Assembly: GCA_013265495.1 (NCBI GenBank) | Contig: MU058065.1 | Span: 8,184,302 to 8,248,301, forward strand | Direction: 5' to 3' | Length of the DNA: 64,000 nucleotides | Origin: Vicugna vicugna | Lineage: Eukaryota | Part shown: positions 39,842 through 53,886 of the stretch, piece by piece | How positions within the stretch are numbered: the stretch's first letter is position 1 | Layout: every line of letters starts with the position of its first letter | Program-made: the position numbers and the translations under genes | The notes under the pieces: model-generated | Told to the model about the DNA's origin: nothing | Seen by the model: the letters and a program-made list of their open reading frames with translations, nothing else | Databases searched by the model: none

Positions 39842-42800
39842 CTGAAAGGGAAACAGTCATGTAAGTGAACAAGGCCAAATCCTGAATGGATGGAGAGAAG
39901 GCCCACATTCAGCCTGGCCCTGGCATGGCATTACATTGAGTCTGCCTCCCTTAGCACGTTCTCATTCAGGGAGACGGCTGTGAGCCTGGATAAGGCCCAG
40001 GCTCCAGTGCATCTTCTCCATGACATTCCCGGCAAGATGCTTTATCTCTCAGGGACCGTTTTCCACCTGCCACGTGGGCTTGGCGACTCCCCTTCCCTCC
40101 ACCTCACAGGATGCACAGAACAAACCACTGAAAGGTGGTTTGCTGGTTTGCAAGATGCATCTGACATCTGCAAGGCACTAACATACTGTGCTGCAGACCC
40201 ACTGTGTGCCGGGCACTGGTGTGAGGTGCCGCGGCCCCCACCAGCCACTCTGACACCTGCTCAGATCGTGTACTGCATGCTGTCACCAAGGTGGATGCAA
40301 CACGGGACAGTGGGAACTTAGGGAAAGACGACGTGATTCTCTCCTCAAGGGACTGACTGTCACGTTTAGAATGTGGAGTTTGATTATTTAGAGCTCTGCA
40401 TTCTGTGCATAAGCAAACTAGAATACGTCATATTTCACAAAGCCAAACGAATAACTAACACTTCTTAGTATCAGGGGGAAAATTCCAAGTTACTTGCTGT
40501 GTGATTCGGAGCAACTACTTGACCTCTCTACAGCGCCAGTTCCTCCATCTGTAACATAGGAACAGTAAGGGTACCTAACATTATCACGTTGTTGTCTTAA
40601 ATGGACTGACGCACACGAAGCCCCTAAAACAGTCCAGCCACTTAGACAGTTATCAGTTGCCCTAAGACGGGGACACCAGGGAGATCCCAGCTCTGTCCCT
40701 GAAGATGATCTATGAGAAACCCTGTTCTGTTTCAGCTATGATGAGCCAAAAAGGAACCCAAAAGCACAAAAAGGGGAGTGTGAGATGAATCCCCAAATAT
40801 TAAGACAATACGTACTCTCAGAAGCCTGGGGTGCAACATTCATGCTCTTGTCTAATGATGATCCTGCCTGACAGCCAAGAAAAAGAGGTTTAGAAAGCAA
40901 AGTAGCAGAAAGTACAGAGGATACGGATGGGAACAGGCTCTTTCCACCAGTGGGTAAAAATGTACCACTATTATAACTCATCAGAGGGAGAGGCTTTATC
41001 CGAATCTCTTCTGAGAAGTGTGACATCACAGAACCAGCCCTTTATTCCTTCCAACAACATTGCTCTGAAATCAGAAGACGACAGGGTTCTTACTTAACTG
41101 AACAGACCAACACTGGTGGGGAGTGGCTTGCCAAAAATCATATGGAAGGTCAAGTGTTGAGCCAGAAACAGAAAAACATGAATTCTGAAGCAGATGCAAC
41201 CCAGCTTTGATTAGTGTCTCTTCACCCTGCACCTGCAGGCAAATCAGGTGCCCTCTGTCACTGACAGTCTCATCAGCTGTGATGCCTTCCGGGCCATGGG
41301 AGGATCAGCCATCACACACAAAGTACCCCCTGGATGCTTCTTCCTCCTACACACTGTACAGTCATCACCATCATGCTGCAAGACTTCTTTTAATGTTTTC
41401 ATTCCACATTTGTGCTGATATCTTTTCAAAGACGTACATAGATCTGTGCCAAATCAGTAATGACTCCTCCCAAGACTCATTACTCTTAAAGCTTTGAAAA
41501 AATGCAAATGTTTAAGTTGGCATATGCTAAGAACACAATATGGTTCTCATGTCCAAATTACAAAAACAGACCCCCAAGGTCAGTGACTGTGTCTTCTCCT
41601 TCCCCTCTGAGCGCCCACAGTCCTTGGCTTCCAGGTCTCTGAAGGCACTGGAATGGATTGTAAAGATCTGCGTGTGTGTCCACCTGTCCTGCTGGACTGC
41701 GGCTCCACAGAGGGCGGGGGCTAACCTTCCTCCCTCCACACCCTCCATGCACAGCACTGTAGGGCGCGGAGCTGGTTTCAACCTCTAGCTAGATGAGTGA
41801 GCGGATAAGCGTGCCTCCCACGGCCACCAGCCTGCTGCTGGGAAAACCAAGGCATGGTCTCTACCGCAGTCTGGTTGGCGGGGGTGATTCAGAGGCTCTG
41901 GAAGGGTTTTCTAAAAGCCCTTCCCTGCCTCTCCTTCCAGGTGAGATAATCACTGGGTTAAGAGGAGCAGCGAGATCTGGGAAGCCACTGCCCATGGAGA
42001 ATCCTATTTTTAGAGGAAGAAAATACCATGGGCTTTTTCAAGTCACACATTTGAATAAAGGACATTTCATGTCACCTGGAGGCACTGGGTTTCCCTGTTT
42101 TGTCAGGAGGAAAAGTGAGGATAAACTTCCCCTGGAAATCACCCACCACACGCTTTGTCCTGGAATGTGTCACCAGGACTGGGTGTGGGAACCAGATGGA
42201 TGGGGACGGGGATGAGAGAAACTCACACCTTTTCAGAGCTATGTTTGAGAGTCATGTAGACACACTGAGTGCTGACAGAGGAGGCTGGAAGCAGGTCTCC
42301 CCAGACCTCCCTGATGAAGTATGAGAGGAGTTAGAACAAGGAAAGTTGGCAATTAAAAGATGTGTCGCCACATCTGAGAGCAGGACACTAAAGACTTCTT
42401 AAAAAAAAAAAACAACCCAGGGTAAAAAGTACTTTTTTGTGGAGAGAACTGTCTTTATATTGGCTGGAAGAAAATCTGTCAGCTGTCTGAATGCACATCT
42501 AAGTCATCCCGACAAGAGGCACCAGATGAAGGCACACGCCCATGCTGTCCAGCCTGCAGTTCCTGGAGCCCCAGTAGTCCTGGGTCCACATGTTCGCCTC
42601 CATCCATGACCCCACGTGGGGAGAGAGGGGCAAGAAACCCCTGGTGCAGAACCAGTAAATCACAGGTTTTTAACAAACCCCCAGGAGATTCTAACGTGTA
42701 CCCAGGGCTGAGAACCACTAACTGAGACGAATGGAATATCAGTTTCCCACAAAACAAAGACAGTGATTTCCATTCTCCTAGAAACCTAGTGAGGCTCTGT

Positions 42801-42884
42801 GACATGCACATGGACACTCCTGGAACTTTTAAGAAGAAAGCTTCCACAGAGATAAAGCACTAAAGATGGTGCCAAGTCACTTAC

Positions 42885-43043
42885 AATGATGACAACTTTA
42901 AAAGGGGTTTTGAGTTGCCTTTCTAACTTGCTCAGAAGGTCAAAACTGACAATGTTGACCAGGCCAGCAGTTAGGCAGTCCTTCCCAGTCACCACGACAT
43001 TGATGCGGTCTGGCCTCAGAGACGGCAGCCACCGACGGAAGGC
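42885..43043 (-). CDS. SMARCAL1: SMARCAL1 exon 9 (159 bp; AFRRWLPSL...FKVVII)
   Basis: cag|GCCTTC...ATCATT|gtaag. Confidence 0.95.
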
Positions 43044-44313
43044 CTGGGGACGACAGGACAGAACAAAACTGAAATGATGATCCGGCCCGGCAGCAGACAG
43101 CTGCGACCCCCGCCAACCCACCCACTGACTCTCCACGTGGACCAATGTTAACGCCCCCTGAAAAGAAACTGGGTCTCCTTCCCTCCCCGTCCTCCTGCAT
43201 TTGTCATAACCTTGTCCCACGGGCAGCAGTCATCTCCCTTGTGCTCAGACCCAGCCCCTCACTTCCCACTAACAGGACACTTCCCCTTGGTAAGCAAGCA
43301 CCCATTAGCAGTCACTTTGGGTGCCTGGGTTCAACTTCTGTCACCTTTAGCTGGATGGCAAGTTTCTGCAGAGAACGAATGCATCTCTTTTTAAGAATTT
43401 TATAAGGGATTGTTAGCAGAGCCTGGTACACCGAGGGCACTGATGATGATGAAAATATTCATGTCAGTGTTTGCTACAAAGCCAGTGGACAGCCACCAGG
43501 TGCCCCTGTGTCAGCAGCCGGGGGTCTGGTGCTCCCGGCAAGCCTGGGCCGAGACAGTCCTGATACTGGAGTGCCAGTCCTTTTTCCAGGCTCCATCCTG
43601 CTAATAACCATCTTACCATATGACCCTTCCCTGGCATCTCTGAGGGTGCTGTGGGAATCGAAGACACACACAAATAAATGTGTGTCGAACTGTTAGTTCC
43701 TAGAGGTTCTGGCACAACTCAGATCGCAAGGACAGAAGAATGAGGTACTGGTTTGACGCACATTTTTTAAATTTCGCTTTCTCTCCAATCGGAGGGGCAT
43801 ATCGGGCATCAGGGCCCCTGGCTGCAGGCAAAGCTGCCTCTTCCCCAAGAGCAGCTCCCGGGGCTGAGTAAGAAGCCACAGCGTGAGGAAGCCAACGGCC
43901 ACCTCGGGTAGCATAAAGCAGGGAAGAGCTACGGACGATGAACCAGGCCTTCCTTCCTCAACTTTGCTTGTGTGGATTTTTATTCGTTTCACAGGAACCC
44001 TCTGATCCTTGCATTTATGGCTGACAAAGCTCGTGGCTGAGTGATAACACAATGTTCATGTCGGGTTCTCCAGCCATAGAGGTTCCTAGGAGACCGTGAC
44101 TATCCCAACCACACTGCCTCCTACAGGGTGCAAAGCCCCCGAGCCACGAAGTCAGGGGGTGCAACTTCAAGGCCTGAGCTTGGTAAGGCCTTGACTTTCC
44201 TCTCTAGAGGCGTAAGCTGATTCTAACCCAGAAAACCAGGAGCCTGGCCAGCCTCCTGCCTTCAGCTGAGACAAGATCTTTCAGGCTCCCCAGGTCTTGT
44301 TCCCAAACTATCA

Positions 44314-44772
<459 letters not shown>

Positions 44773-46492
44773 TCAGGTTGTGGGAGCCGAGGGAGAGGGT
44801 TCCAGGAAGGAGCCGTCCTCAGCCCAGGCCAGGTGAGGCCCAGGGGATGTGGAAGGAGAGTGGGAAACAGCCCCTAACGAGGTGCTGGGAGGAGGGCGCT
44901 TGTCACATCAGGGATCTGCTGGGAAAGGAAGAAAGACGACGACGGGGCAGGGGGGTCAAAATAAGGCTTTCTCAAGATCAGAGAGGGCACTGTGTGCATA
45001 AAGCTAGCAAAGACAGAAGATGCTGGAGAAAAGGAGGACAGCCAGAGGAAAGGATGGAGCGATGGTGTCTGTCTAAGACGGGGCACCAGCCTCAGCAAGG
45101 GCTCTCATTACCCAGCAGCCTCCAGGGTCCCCCAGCCCTTCAGAGCTGCAGCCCTTGCCAACAGTGTGTGAAGGGGCGTGGAGTTATTACCCTGCTCCTT
45201 CAGAGCCCGACTGGCCTGGAATCCTAATTCCACCTCTTGGGAGCTGTACGCCTTTGTGCAAGCTGTCTGACTTCCTCGTGCTTCAGCTATGACGTGGGAC
45301 TAACAGCAGGAAGCACCCCAGAGAGCACTGCCAGGGTGCATAATGTTTAAAGCCCTCAGAACAGCGCCTGGGGCCTGCGAAGGTGCTGAGGAAGTGTTTC
45401 TCTTATAACTATTATCCAGGGAGAGCCTTCTGTTTCAGCCTCTAAGGGGTAGCTATCCATTTGGCTTCAGCCCCCCGGTCATTCCCAAAGCAAAAAAGAC
45501 CCCTGAATTTCATACTTTCCTTTTACCCTGCCTTGAGGTAGCCCAGCTTAGGAACAAAGTGATAAATAATGAGAACAAAGACAATGCCAGGATGATAAAC
45601 AATCACCTGCTGAACGCCATTTAACAGGGTAGTTTAGTATTAAAGAAAAAATGCTGCACACATCGTCGAAGACGTGGATTTTGGCCCCAGTTCCCCTTTT
45701 GGAAGCTGAGTGACTTTAGGCTGTGACTTAGACTGTCTTTCTTGGTCTCAACTCACTCCTTATTAAAAGGAACTGTTTAGATATTGGAGCAGGCTGATAC
45801 ATATCTAAGGGATTTTGCTCTGTACATTAAAGGGAGTTTTCAATTTTAGTTCTAACAAAAAACAAAGCAAAACAAAAAAACCATGGAATTGACAGCCCTC
45901 TTCTCCCAATACCAAACTCCTTGGGAAACGAAAACTGACATCTGGATTTAATTGGAAGTTCTGAGGAAAGGCTGTAAGTACCATTGGCAGTTTCAGAGCG
46001 ATCGAGGAAAAGATGGCAACAGCCCCCATGCGCTGGCTCTGACGCCTGTCGGCCCTGGGGTGCCTCACACAAACAGCGTCTCAGTGGCGACAGGTTAGCT
46101 GGAGAGGCCAGCACACACCGCGTGGACCCAGCGATCTCTCTTGGAGCCATGAGGAACCTGGACTCTGAAGATGGGGGTCGTCCAGAGCTGGGTGTAGGCA
46201 ACCTCTCTCGGAGTTAATGAAGGAGCCAGAGGGGGAAAGATGAAAGGGAAACCGAGCCCGAGCCCCGGTGAAAGGAGGCCCAAAGGATGTCTCGACAGAT
46301 GAAGGACTGAAATGGCAAAGCATGTTGTCTGAGAGAGAGAGAGCAGCACCCTGGCTGTTTCATGCTAACACGCAGACCCTTCTAGACGGCGGTGAAAGAG
46401 GAGCCTTCGTAAAAGAAGGAGCGTCTGCGTGAACCCGTCCGTGGTGAGTGATGACATTCGAGGAGAGGGCAAGAGGAAGATGAAGGACCTAC

Positions 46493-46679
46493 TTGACCCC
46501 AGTCCTCTGGAAGGGCAGCAGGCTAGACACAAGCTTGGAATCCACCCCGGAAAGGTCTGCCTCAGGGATGTCTGCCACTGGACACAGAGACGTCTTCTCG
46601 AGCTGAGAAGCGAAAGCCAGGGTGAGCGTCTTGGGCAAAGGATCCAGCTGAACTTGGGGAAGGCAGCGCGCCCTTTCAA
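46493..46679 (-). CDS. SMARCAL1: SMARCAL1 exon 7 (187 bp; ...[11 protein letters not shown])
   Basis: tag|TTGAAAGG...GGGGTCAA|gtagg; frame consistent. Confidence 0.92.
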
Positions 46680-47373
46680 CTAGAAAAAAGAACAGAGGCG
46701 AATGAATTGGAGTGTCAATGCCCAGGATCTCCGTGGGGAAAGCAGGGACTTCGAAATACCAAGGTCAGGGGCTGGAATTCTGCTGCTTGCCATCTTCTCC
46801 CAACAGTAACTGGAGAGAAAACTGGGTGCTGACAGATGCATTGTGGAGAACTAGCTTGCCCTCTCTATTCCCACTGTCTGCAAACCAGAGGGCAGTCAGT
46901 AATGCAAAACTGATTTTCTTCACTACACAAACACTGGAAAGAGCAAAAATGTTTTTATGACTGATTTCTTTTAAAACCAAAGTAACTTTTAAAATTTATC
47001 TTGGTATTCCCATTCAATAAATAAGAACCCATGTTCATAAAAAAAAAATAATCAGCCCAGGAAAAGCAAGACTTAGAATGAAAAATCTTGTCTTGTTTCC
47101 ACTCTCCCTGTTTTATTTTGACTCCGGTGTTTTAGCAGTCAGAGAATTCTAAGTCACCAGCTAACAACAGGCAAGGAAGCGCCGCGCTCTGTGCAAAGAA
47201 GCTGTTCAGCATTTCCGAGGAAGATCAGGAGGGCAGTGATGCTGACCACAAACAACGATTAAGGGCAGAGTCCACGCAAAGGCCGCCAACCAATCACACT
47301 GCACGTGGCCCTGCACACTTCTGACCCTTTCCATAAGAGAATCATCATCTCCCCTTGACAGAGGTGAGTTTTA

Positions 47374-47594
47374 CAGGTGTCAGCAAGCTAAGGCCTGTGG
47401 GCCAAATCGGCCTATTACCTGTCCTGGTAAACAAGGTTTACTGGAACTCAGCCAGCCTACTTGTGTATGGACTGTCAATGGCTGCTGTCACACCACGACG
47501 GCAGAGCTGAGTAGTTGGGACAGGGACTGCAAAGTCCATGAAGCCGAAAATATTGACTACCGAGCCTTTTATAAAAAAAGTTTGCCAACCCCTG
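47374..47594 (+). mobile_element. MER58A-like hAT element
   Basis: caggtgtcagcaa...ggccaaatc...tttgccaacccctg. Confidence 0.7.
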
Positions 47595-50500
47595 CTAAGC
47601 TTAGAGTCTAAACTATTACTAAGAGTGACCAGGGCTCTCAGTTAAAGCTTATATTTAGGGTCTTCACTTTCTTCCAAGTGTGCTGGTTCCAGACCCCTAC
47701 AGGATAGATGGGGAAATCTCGTCTTCTAGCCGAAGTCACTAAACCAAGTGGGAAAAATTAATTACTTGGTATCTAGATGGAAATGGAAGCAAATTCATTT
47801 TGCTGATTTTGCCTTCGAAGGAATTTAGCTTCACCTGATTTTAAAATTATTAAGAGGGAAAAAAAACCCTTTATTCAATAGAGAAACAGAAAAAGAATAA
47901 CCAGAGCTACAGACACAAATAAAACACAATTCTGGGGGGTGGAGGAGGCAAGCGAAGACAAGTTCAAAATTTTTAAAGTTAGAGAGAAGATGATAGACTA
48001 GAAATCTCTGGTGGTAGAATTATCATTAAACTACCCATCACAGCCGGCTGGCCTACAGTTGTAATTTTTAAGATGTTCTTCCCTTTGATCATTTCCTCTG
48101 AAAAATCTACTTAGAAGAATGAACATTGTTTACAGATCCTCAATTGCTCTTTATCCTTTACCTTTTCAGAGGCACCCAGGAGAGTTATAGTAACCCACCA
48201 TGGGGTTAACTGTCTTCAAGAATCCAGAAGGAACCAGATAGAGAACGTGGGTCTCCTTCATTTCTACCCAATATCATTTGAAATCTAAAGTCGTTAATTC
48301 TCTAGTCCATATGTTTGTGCGTTTTCATAATCTCCTCACCACTATTCCAAGTCTTTTGCCACAGCTATCAATCGGCAGTTACAAACACTGGTGTGAATAT
48401 GGAGGTCCAAGCCATCTACGGTCACCTTAAATTGCTTTGTCTTTTTAGTATATTTAAACCCATTTCCGTCTTTCCCTAAATGTATGTTCCAGTTATTTCT
48501 GGAAACAGTTTGCATGAACAGAATCACTATGATAAGAAATTAGGTGAGGTTGACGGCTTTAATATAAAAGAGACTGTCCATATTGATGCAGAAACACGTT
48601 TTATACTTTCAAATTAAATCTGAGCGTGCTGGTTTCTGCACACTTCAACAGACTGAGCACTCCATGCACTTTCAGAACCCATTTTCATTTTAATCCTAGG
48701 GATCTTCAGCACTCAGATACCTGATGAAAGCTAAGAAAGGGCTGACGATCCAGCTGGGGTGAAATGTGGTGCTTTGTAAGCATTATGTCCTTTCAGCCAC
48801 TGAAGAGGGAGAAATCCAACCTCCACTCTGTTTCCTACTGACTAGCGTCTCCCAGACCCTACGCTGCTCGTTCAGCCAGCTGGGTGTGTTTCTGAGACAG
48901 CCTCCATCCGCTGTCAATGGCTGTCCCTGCTAGCCCTTTCCCGTGCTGGGAGATGACAGCAAAGTGTCGTCTGGCTTCATGACTCATCGACAAGTCATCT
49001 CTGTGAAATAGCTCTCTGGCAGTATGCAACCGAGCCACCAGGAAGAGAGATGTTCGTGTTTTCAAATAGCAGCTAACAAGACCAGACCATCGAGGGGCAC
49101 GCAGAACCCTCTGGACTGTAACAGGCAGGGGAAAACAGAGGGCCCTTTGCCAATTTCACTGTGGCCAAGAGAGCCCAAATCCGCCTGAGGAGAGCGAGGA
49201 GGAAGGCTCTGAGACGGGCCTTATCTGGAGACAGTAACAGTCGCACCCCAGCAGTGAGCACTCACACACTCAGCTCTCACTGCCCCTTCATCAGGTTCAT
49301 ATGCACGTGCCCACTGCTCAGGTCAACACTCTGACCCTACACATGAGGAACGAGACCTACGGGTGAGGAGGGAGGTGCAAAGTCCCAGGTTTACCGTCTG
49401 TTAACAGTGGAATCAGAACTAAACTGGGGACTGATATTCTGCAGCACCTCACCTCCTGGGCCTCTTAGCTCCTGGACCTGGCTTCTAAATTTCCTAATGG
49501 GTCATATCACAAACTCAAAACTGTAATTTCAGTCCAACTTGTTTGTAACACTGCAGTGTTCCAGACAAGGAAAACAACTGTTTCCTTTCTCTGGCTCCAA
49601 GCTTCTCCTAGTCTATGAAATGGGGAGAATCAGCCTTACAGTCTACAGGACATTATAACAATGAGACAGCATGTTAAAAAGCAATCTGGACTCTAACTCT
49701 GAATTCTCAACTCAGGATCCTTGGGATTAGTGATATCAAAAGCAAAATCTTACGTGTAGCCATTATGTGCATTTTTCTGGGTGAAGAATCCTTTGTCTTC
49801 ATCAGACATTTCAAGGAGTCCCTGGCCCACAAGACTTGGAACTATTATATATAACGCTATGTGAACTGTGAGTCATAGTTTTTCAACATTATGTCTATCT
49901 GATAATGCTGTAAACATCCTGTTTTTTGTCCTTCCGTAAAAGTCAAAGCCTCTATAACTCACATATTTATATGTCTCTCTGTGGTTGAAAGACAAAGGGG
50001 TGAGAGAGAAATCATCAAAAATTCAGCTCTGGCCAAATGGTTTGCTCTCAATCACAGGTTCCAAACGGCACACGCCATGGGGTCTCAGATCGACGTCAGC
50101 CAACCTTCCTGCATCAGTGAGTGTTTGCTGATACTAAATAAGTAACTCATCATATTCAAACTTAACCTTGACTTTGCAGCAAGTCTTTCCTCAAGGAATT
50201 AAAAGCGCTTCCCTTTTATTTAATTTCTCTCAGTAGGACAGAAATGGATGAAATACACCTCCTCCTTTTTTTAACTGAAGGGACAAATGGGACCCAGAAT
50301 ATTCAATTACCTACCTGACACAGCAAGTCACATAAGGACACAGAGGGAAGGGACCCTCTTCCTTAAGGCCCTAGCCTGGTGGGCAAGACGGCTAATGACT
50401 TGGAGCCCCCCAGCTGGAGTATGTCTCTCTTGGCCTGACTGGTACCACCTTTGGTACCAGGAGTCCTCAAAGGGTCACACAGGAGGAACCTATGCTGTAC

Positions 50501-51196
50501 CAGCTTCATACCCCGCAGGATCATGACAGCCTGGAAGATTGGTGACGGACAGGCTGAGATATGACCACACCCAGGAGATACACCATGCTGCTCTCTGAGA
50601 TCCATTGCCCCACCCAAGCAGAACACTGAGAAACATAAGCCCAAATTGGCTTCTCCTTCCTATAGTCGACCTGTACACAGAGCCCTTCCCTTGGTCAGTA
50701 TCCAAAGCGCTTATTAAATGTTTACGCGCCCTGGCCTTGGCTTCAGAATTCAGCCCATTATGAAGCCTGTAACCACTAAGGCTCTCCAACCTTCACTGAC
50801 CACCTGGTGCTAGAAGTAAACTGAGAGCCTGTTCTCAGAAGGAATTCAAAACAGCTTCCATTTAAGCCAAGCAATCCTAGCTTGCCTTTGATTCCCAAAG
50901 TCCATATACCCTTACTTCCAGTACTTCGATGGGTAGGAGGTTTCACAGGCCCCAAGAATTTGACCAGGACTGCCTCACCCTGATGGAAGAAGAGGCCCTG
51001 CGTTTGCCTGGGCTGCTATAAAGCCGCCACCCCAGCGGACAGGGACCATCTTCACCTCTACCAGTCCTGTATGCCAGCATGCGACATTAACGCAGTAGAG
51101 GGGAGGACGTGATTCTTTTAAAAGACATTCAATTGAAGGCAGATAATTAAGGCTTAGCAACAGCATGATATAAAACAAACAAGGGGGGCATCTCAC

Positions 51197-51247
51197 TTAG
51201 TTTATTGTGCTCTTCCAGGAGAAAGTTCCACTTCCTGGTCTTGACAT
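51197..51247 (-). CDS. SMARCAL1: SMARCAL1 exon 6 (51 bp; end of HARP2, DVKTRKWNFLLEEHNKL)
   Basis: cag|ATGTCAAG...AAACTAA|gtgag. Confidence 0.93.
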   Translation of the reverse strand: MSRPGSGTFSWKSTIN

Positions 51248-51559
51248 CTGCAATGACAAGAAACAAAGAGGAAAATGTGACACCTTGCTCTCATATAATG
51301 TCATTGCACTTAATCACTCCCTGGTTTTATAACCCCCCAAGGAGACTCACGTGATGTGGCTGATCTTGGGTGCCTGGCACTATGGACACAGAAATTGAGA
51401 GGCCCTGTCCTCGTGGCTTTCACAGAATTCAGGGAGGAAAGACAGGCAAATGTGGTGACAGCACTGGCTTATAAGAGTGTTGATAAAGGGTGCTAAGGGG
51501 ACACATCCCTGGGGACGGCCCTGCAGGTCAGGCAGGAATGCCCTGAATTTCCAAGGTCA

Positions 51560-51950
51560 GGATAATACTTGTAGCTTACACTTATTCAGTGCTTACCTTA
51601 AGACAGAGACGGTGCCAAGAGGTTCATACACACCATCTCCTTGGCTCCTCAATAGGCTACAAGCTGGGCACCATTATTAGTTCCATTTTGTACATGGGAA
51701 ACAAGCTGCATATGTGGCCAGAGTAGTCAAACAGCCTTGGTTCAAATCCCAGATCTGCCACTTCCTGGCTGTGTGACCTTGGGCAAGTTATGTAACGTCT
51801 CTGTGCCTCAGCTCCCACATCTCAAAAAAAGGAGGATCCTACAGCCCCTGCCTCACAGGGTTCTTGTGGGGATTATGTAAAATTTAAATGTCAAATGCTT
51901 ATGAAAGGGTATCTGGTAAACAACGCACACTCAAAAAAAAGGGGAGTAAT
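51560..51950. mobile_element. MIR SINE fragments
   Basis: ggttcaaatccc...tgtgaccttgggcaagtta...ctctgtgcctcag core; similar MIR pieces near 22.7k, 29.5k, 40.5k, 45.2k, 56.7k and 60.9k. Confidence 0.65.
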
Positions 51951-52283
51951 TCTAAATCATGATGATGATAACAAGGATGCCATCTCCTGATTAGCACAGT
52001 GGAGCATAACCTACGTACATTAACTAAGAAGAGTGAGCATCTCACTACCCAGTGCTGGCCAATTACTTAGAGAGCTTTTCCGACCAATCAACCCACTGAG
52101 AAAAGCAAGCTCCAAATCAGCAAGTGCTTCTTCCCAGGCAGCAGCAGTTAATTCTTCTAGGTATGGTCACTGAGGGAGCAGGTGGTTAGGGAAATGGCAC
52201 TGTAGACATAGTGAGTCCACTTCAGGAAAAAAGCAAGCTGGCCTAGGTGCAACCTGACAAAGACCAAAGGCAGACAGACTACT

Positions 52284-52612
52284 CTTTTTTTCCTTTTTTG
52301 TTATTTCCCATGATTTTTTCAGGTCATTTTGCTTTTTTTTTTTTTTCATTAAAGTATAATCAGTTTACCATGTGTCAATGTCTACTGTACAGCATAATGT
52401 TTCAGTCATACGTATATGTACACTTATTCCTTTTCATATTCTTTGTCATTATAGGTTACTACAAGATATTGAATATAGTTCCCTGAGCTATACAGAAGAA
52501 ACCTGTTGTTTATCTATTTTATATATAGTAGTTAATATTTTCAAATCTTGAACTCCCAATTTATCCCTTCCCACCACCTTTCACTCCTGGTAACCATAAG
52601 TTTGTTCACTAT
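52284..52612 (-). mobile_element. 5'-truncated young L1 3' end with 15-bp TSD
   Basis: TSD GGCAGACAGACTACT at 52269-52283 and 52613-52627; similar to the L1 3' end at 19.9-20.1 kb. Confidence 0.85.
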
Positions 52613-52726
52613 GGCAGACAGACTACTTTTGATATGGGAATAGTGCAGGAGGCCCTTTCTGACAACAGCTTGATCCTAACAATGGCAGGGCAGTAAACAG
52701 GAAAGTCTGTGGATAACTGCTATGGA

Positions 52727-52778
52727 TGAAATGAAATGAAATGAAAAATAAAATAAAATGAAATGAAATGAAATAAAA
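52727..52778 (+). repeat. (GAAAT/AAAAT)n simple repeat
   Basis: Directly visible. Confidence 0.85.
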
Positions 52779-53646
52779 ACAGAGCCAATCATGGGTTTTC
52801 GATGTCTGCGTCTGGGCAGGGTTGGATGTCAATATTTCAGCTGTTCACATTCAGGTGGGAGGTTTTAAAGGTTTGTTTTCTACTTGCCAAAGGAAACACT
52901 AAAACCACTTCAAGAATGGGAATATGAATCCGTAAAAGCCACACTGTTTTCTAGAACAACATGGCCCAAGCTAAGAACGAAACCAAGGAATTCAGAATTC
53001 TTCTGTTCCTTATTCTGATAGGGCAGCTTTTGAAGAACCTCACAAAACATACAGCAAAACTGCTCTGCTTTGGCTGGTGGTTTTCAATCCTGACTGATTA
53101 TAGACCCACCTGAAGATTTTTTTAAAATGCCAGTGCCCAGGCCCCACTTCAAGCCAATTAAATCAGTATCTCCTGGTGGGAACCAGGCTTCAGTGTTTAC
53201 ACTGGGGGTGGGGGTCAGAAATCTGTGTTTTACCCACCCCTCAAGGTGGTTTGGATGCATGCTCAAGTTTGAGAACCATTGGCTTTGTCTACCCAAAGGC
53301 ATTTAATTCTATGGCAAACATCTATTTTTCAAGCTCTCCTAAGGACAAAATAAAAATAGGTGAGTTTAAGTGGCTGAAGCAGTAACTTACCTGCTTCCAC
53401 CAAGAAGACACTGACCAGGTGACTGAGGAAGGAGTCTTCTCTTTGCGAGGCCTTTAAGGACAAAAGAGGCCCCACTACGTGTTCGACCACCTGGAACAAT
53501 TTAGACAGCACCTTTCCATAGAGGAGCAGGCTAAGAAGACTCTATCAAGAGAGTCCTCTCTGAATACTCAAAGAGGGGAAGACACCCTACTCTGAGATCA
53601 CAGACCACTGTGCATCCTGGGAGCGAGGCAGAAGCCAATTACTTGC

Positions 53647-53886
53647 CGTAATGTCTGGAATCCATCTGTTGAAACAGTGCAATCAGGCCTTCTGAGTAGC
53701 CGATGTCTGCCTCGAAGCGGGCCCGGGAGATGAGCATGCACTGCCCTTTGACAAAGGTGAGGGAGGGAGCTGCAGGAAGGCAGGCCTGGGCCACGCTGCC
53801 GCTGCCAGTGGAGGGTGGCTCCCTGCGGCCCTCGGCCCCTTCCAAAGGCTGCAGGGTGACAGCAGGGAGGTGTTGGGCTGCTCTCA
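53647..53886 (-). CDS. SMARCAL1: SMARCAL1 exon 5 (240 bp; HARP2), ends at a GC donor
   Basis: cag|TGAGAGCA...CATTACG|gcaagt; encodes [28 protein letters not shown]. Confidence 0.9.
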
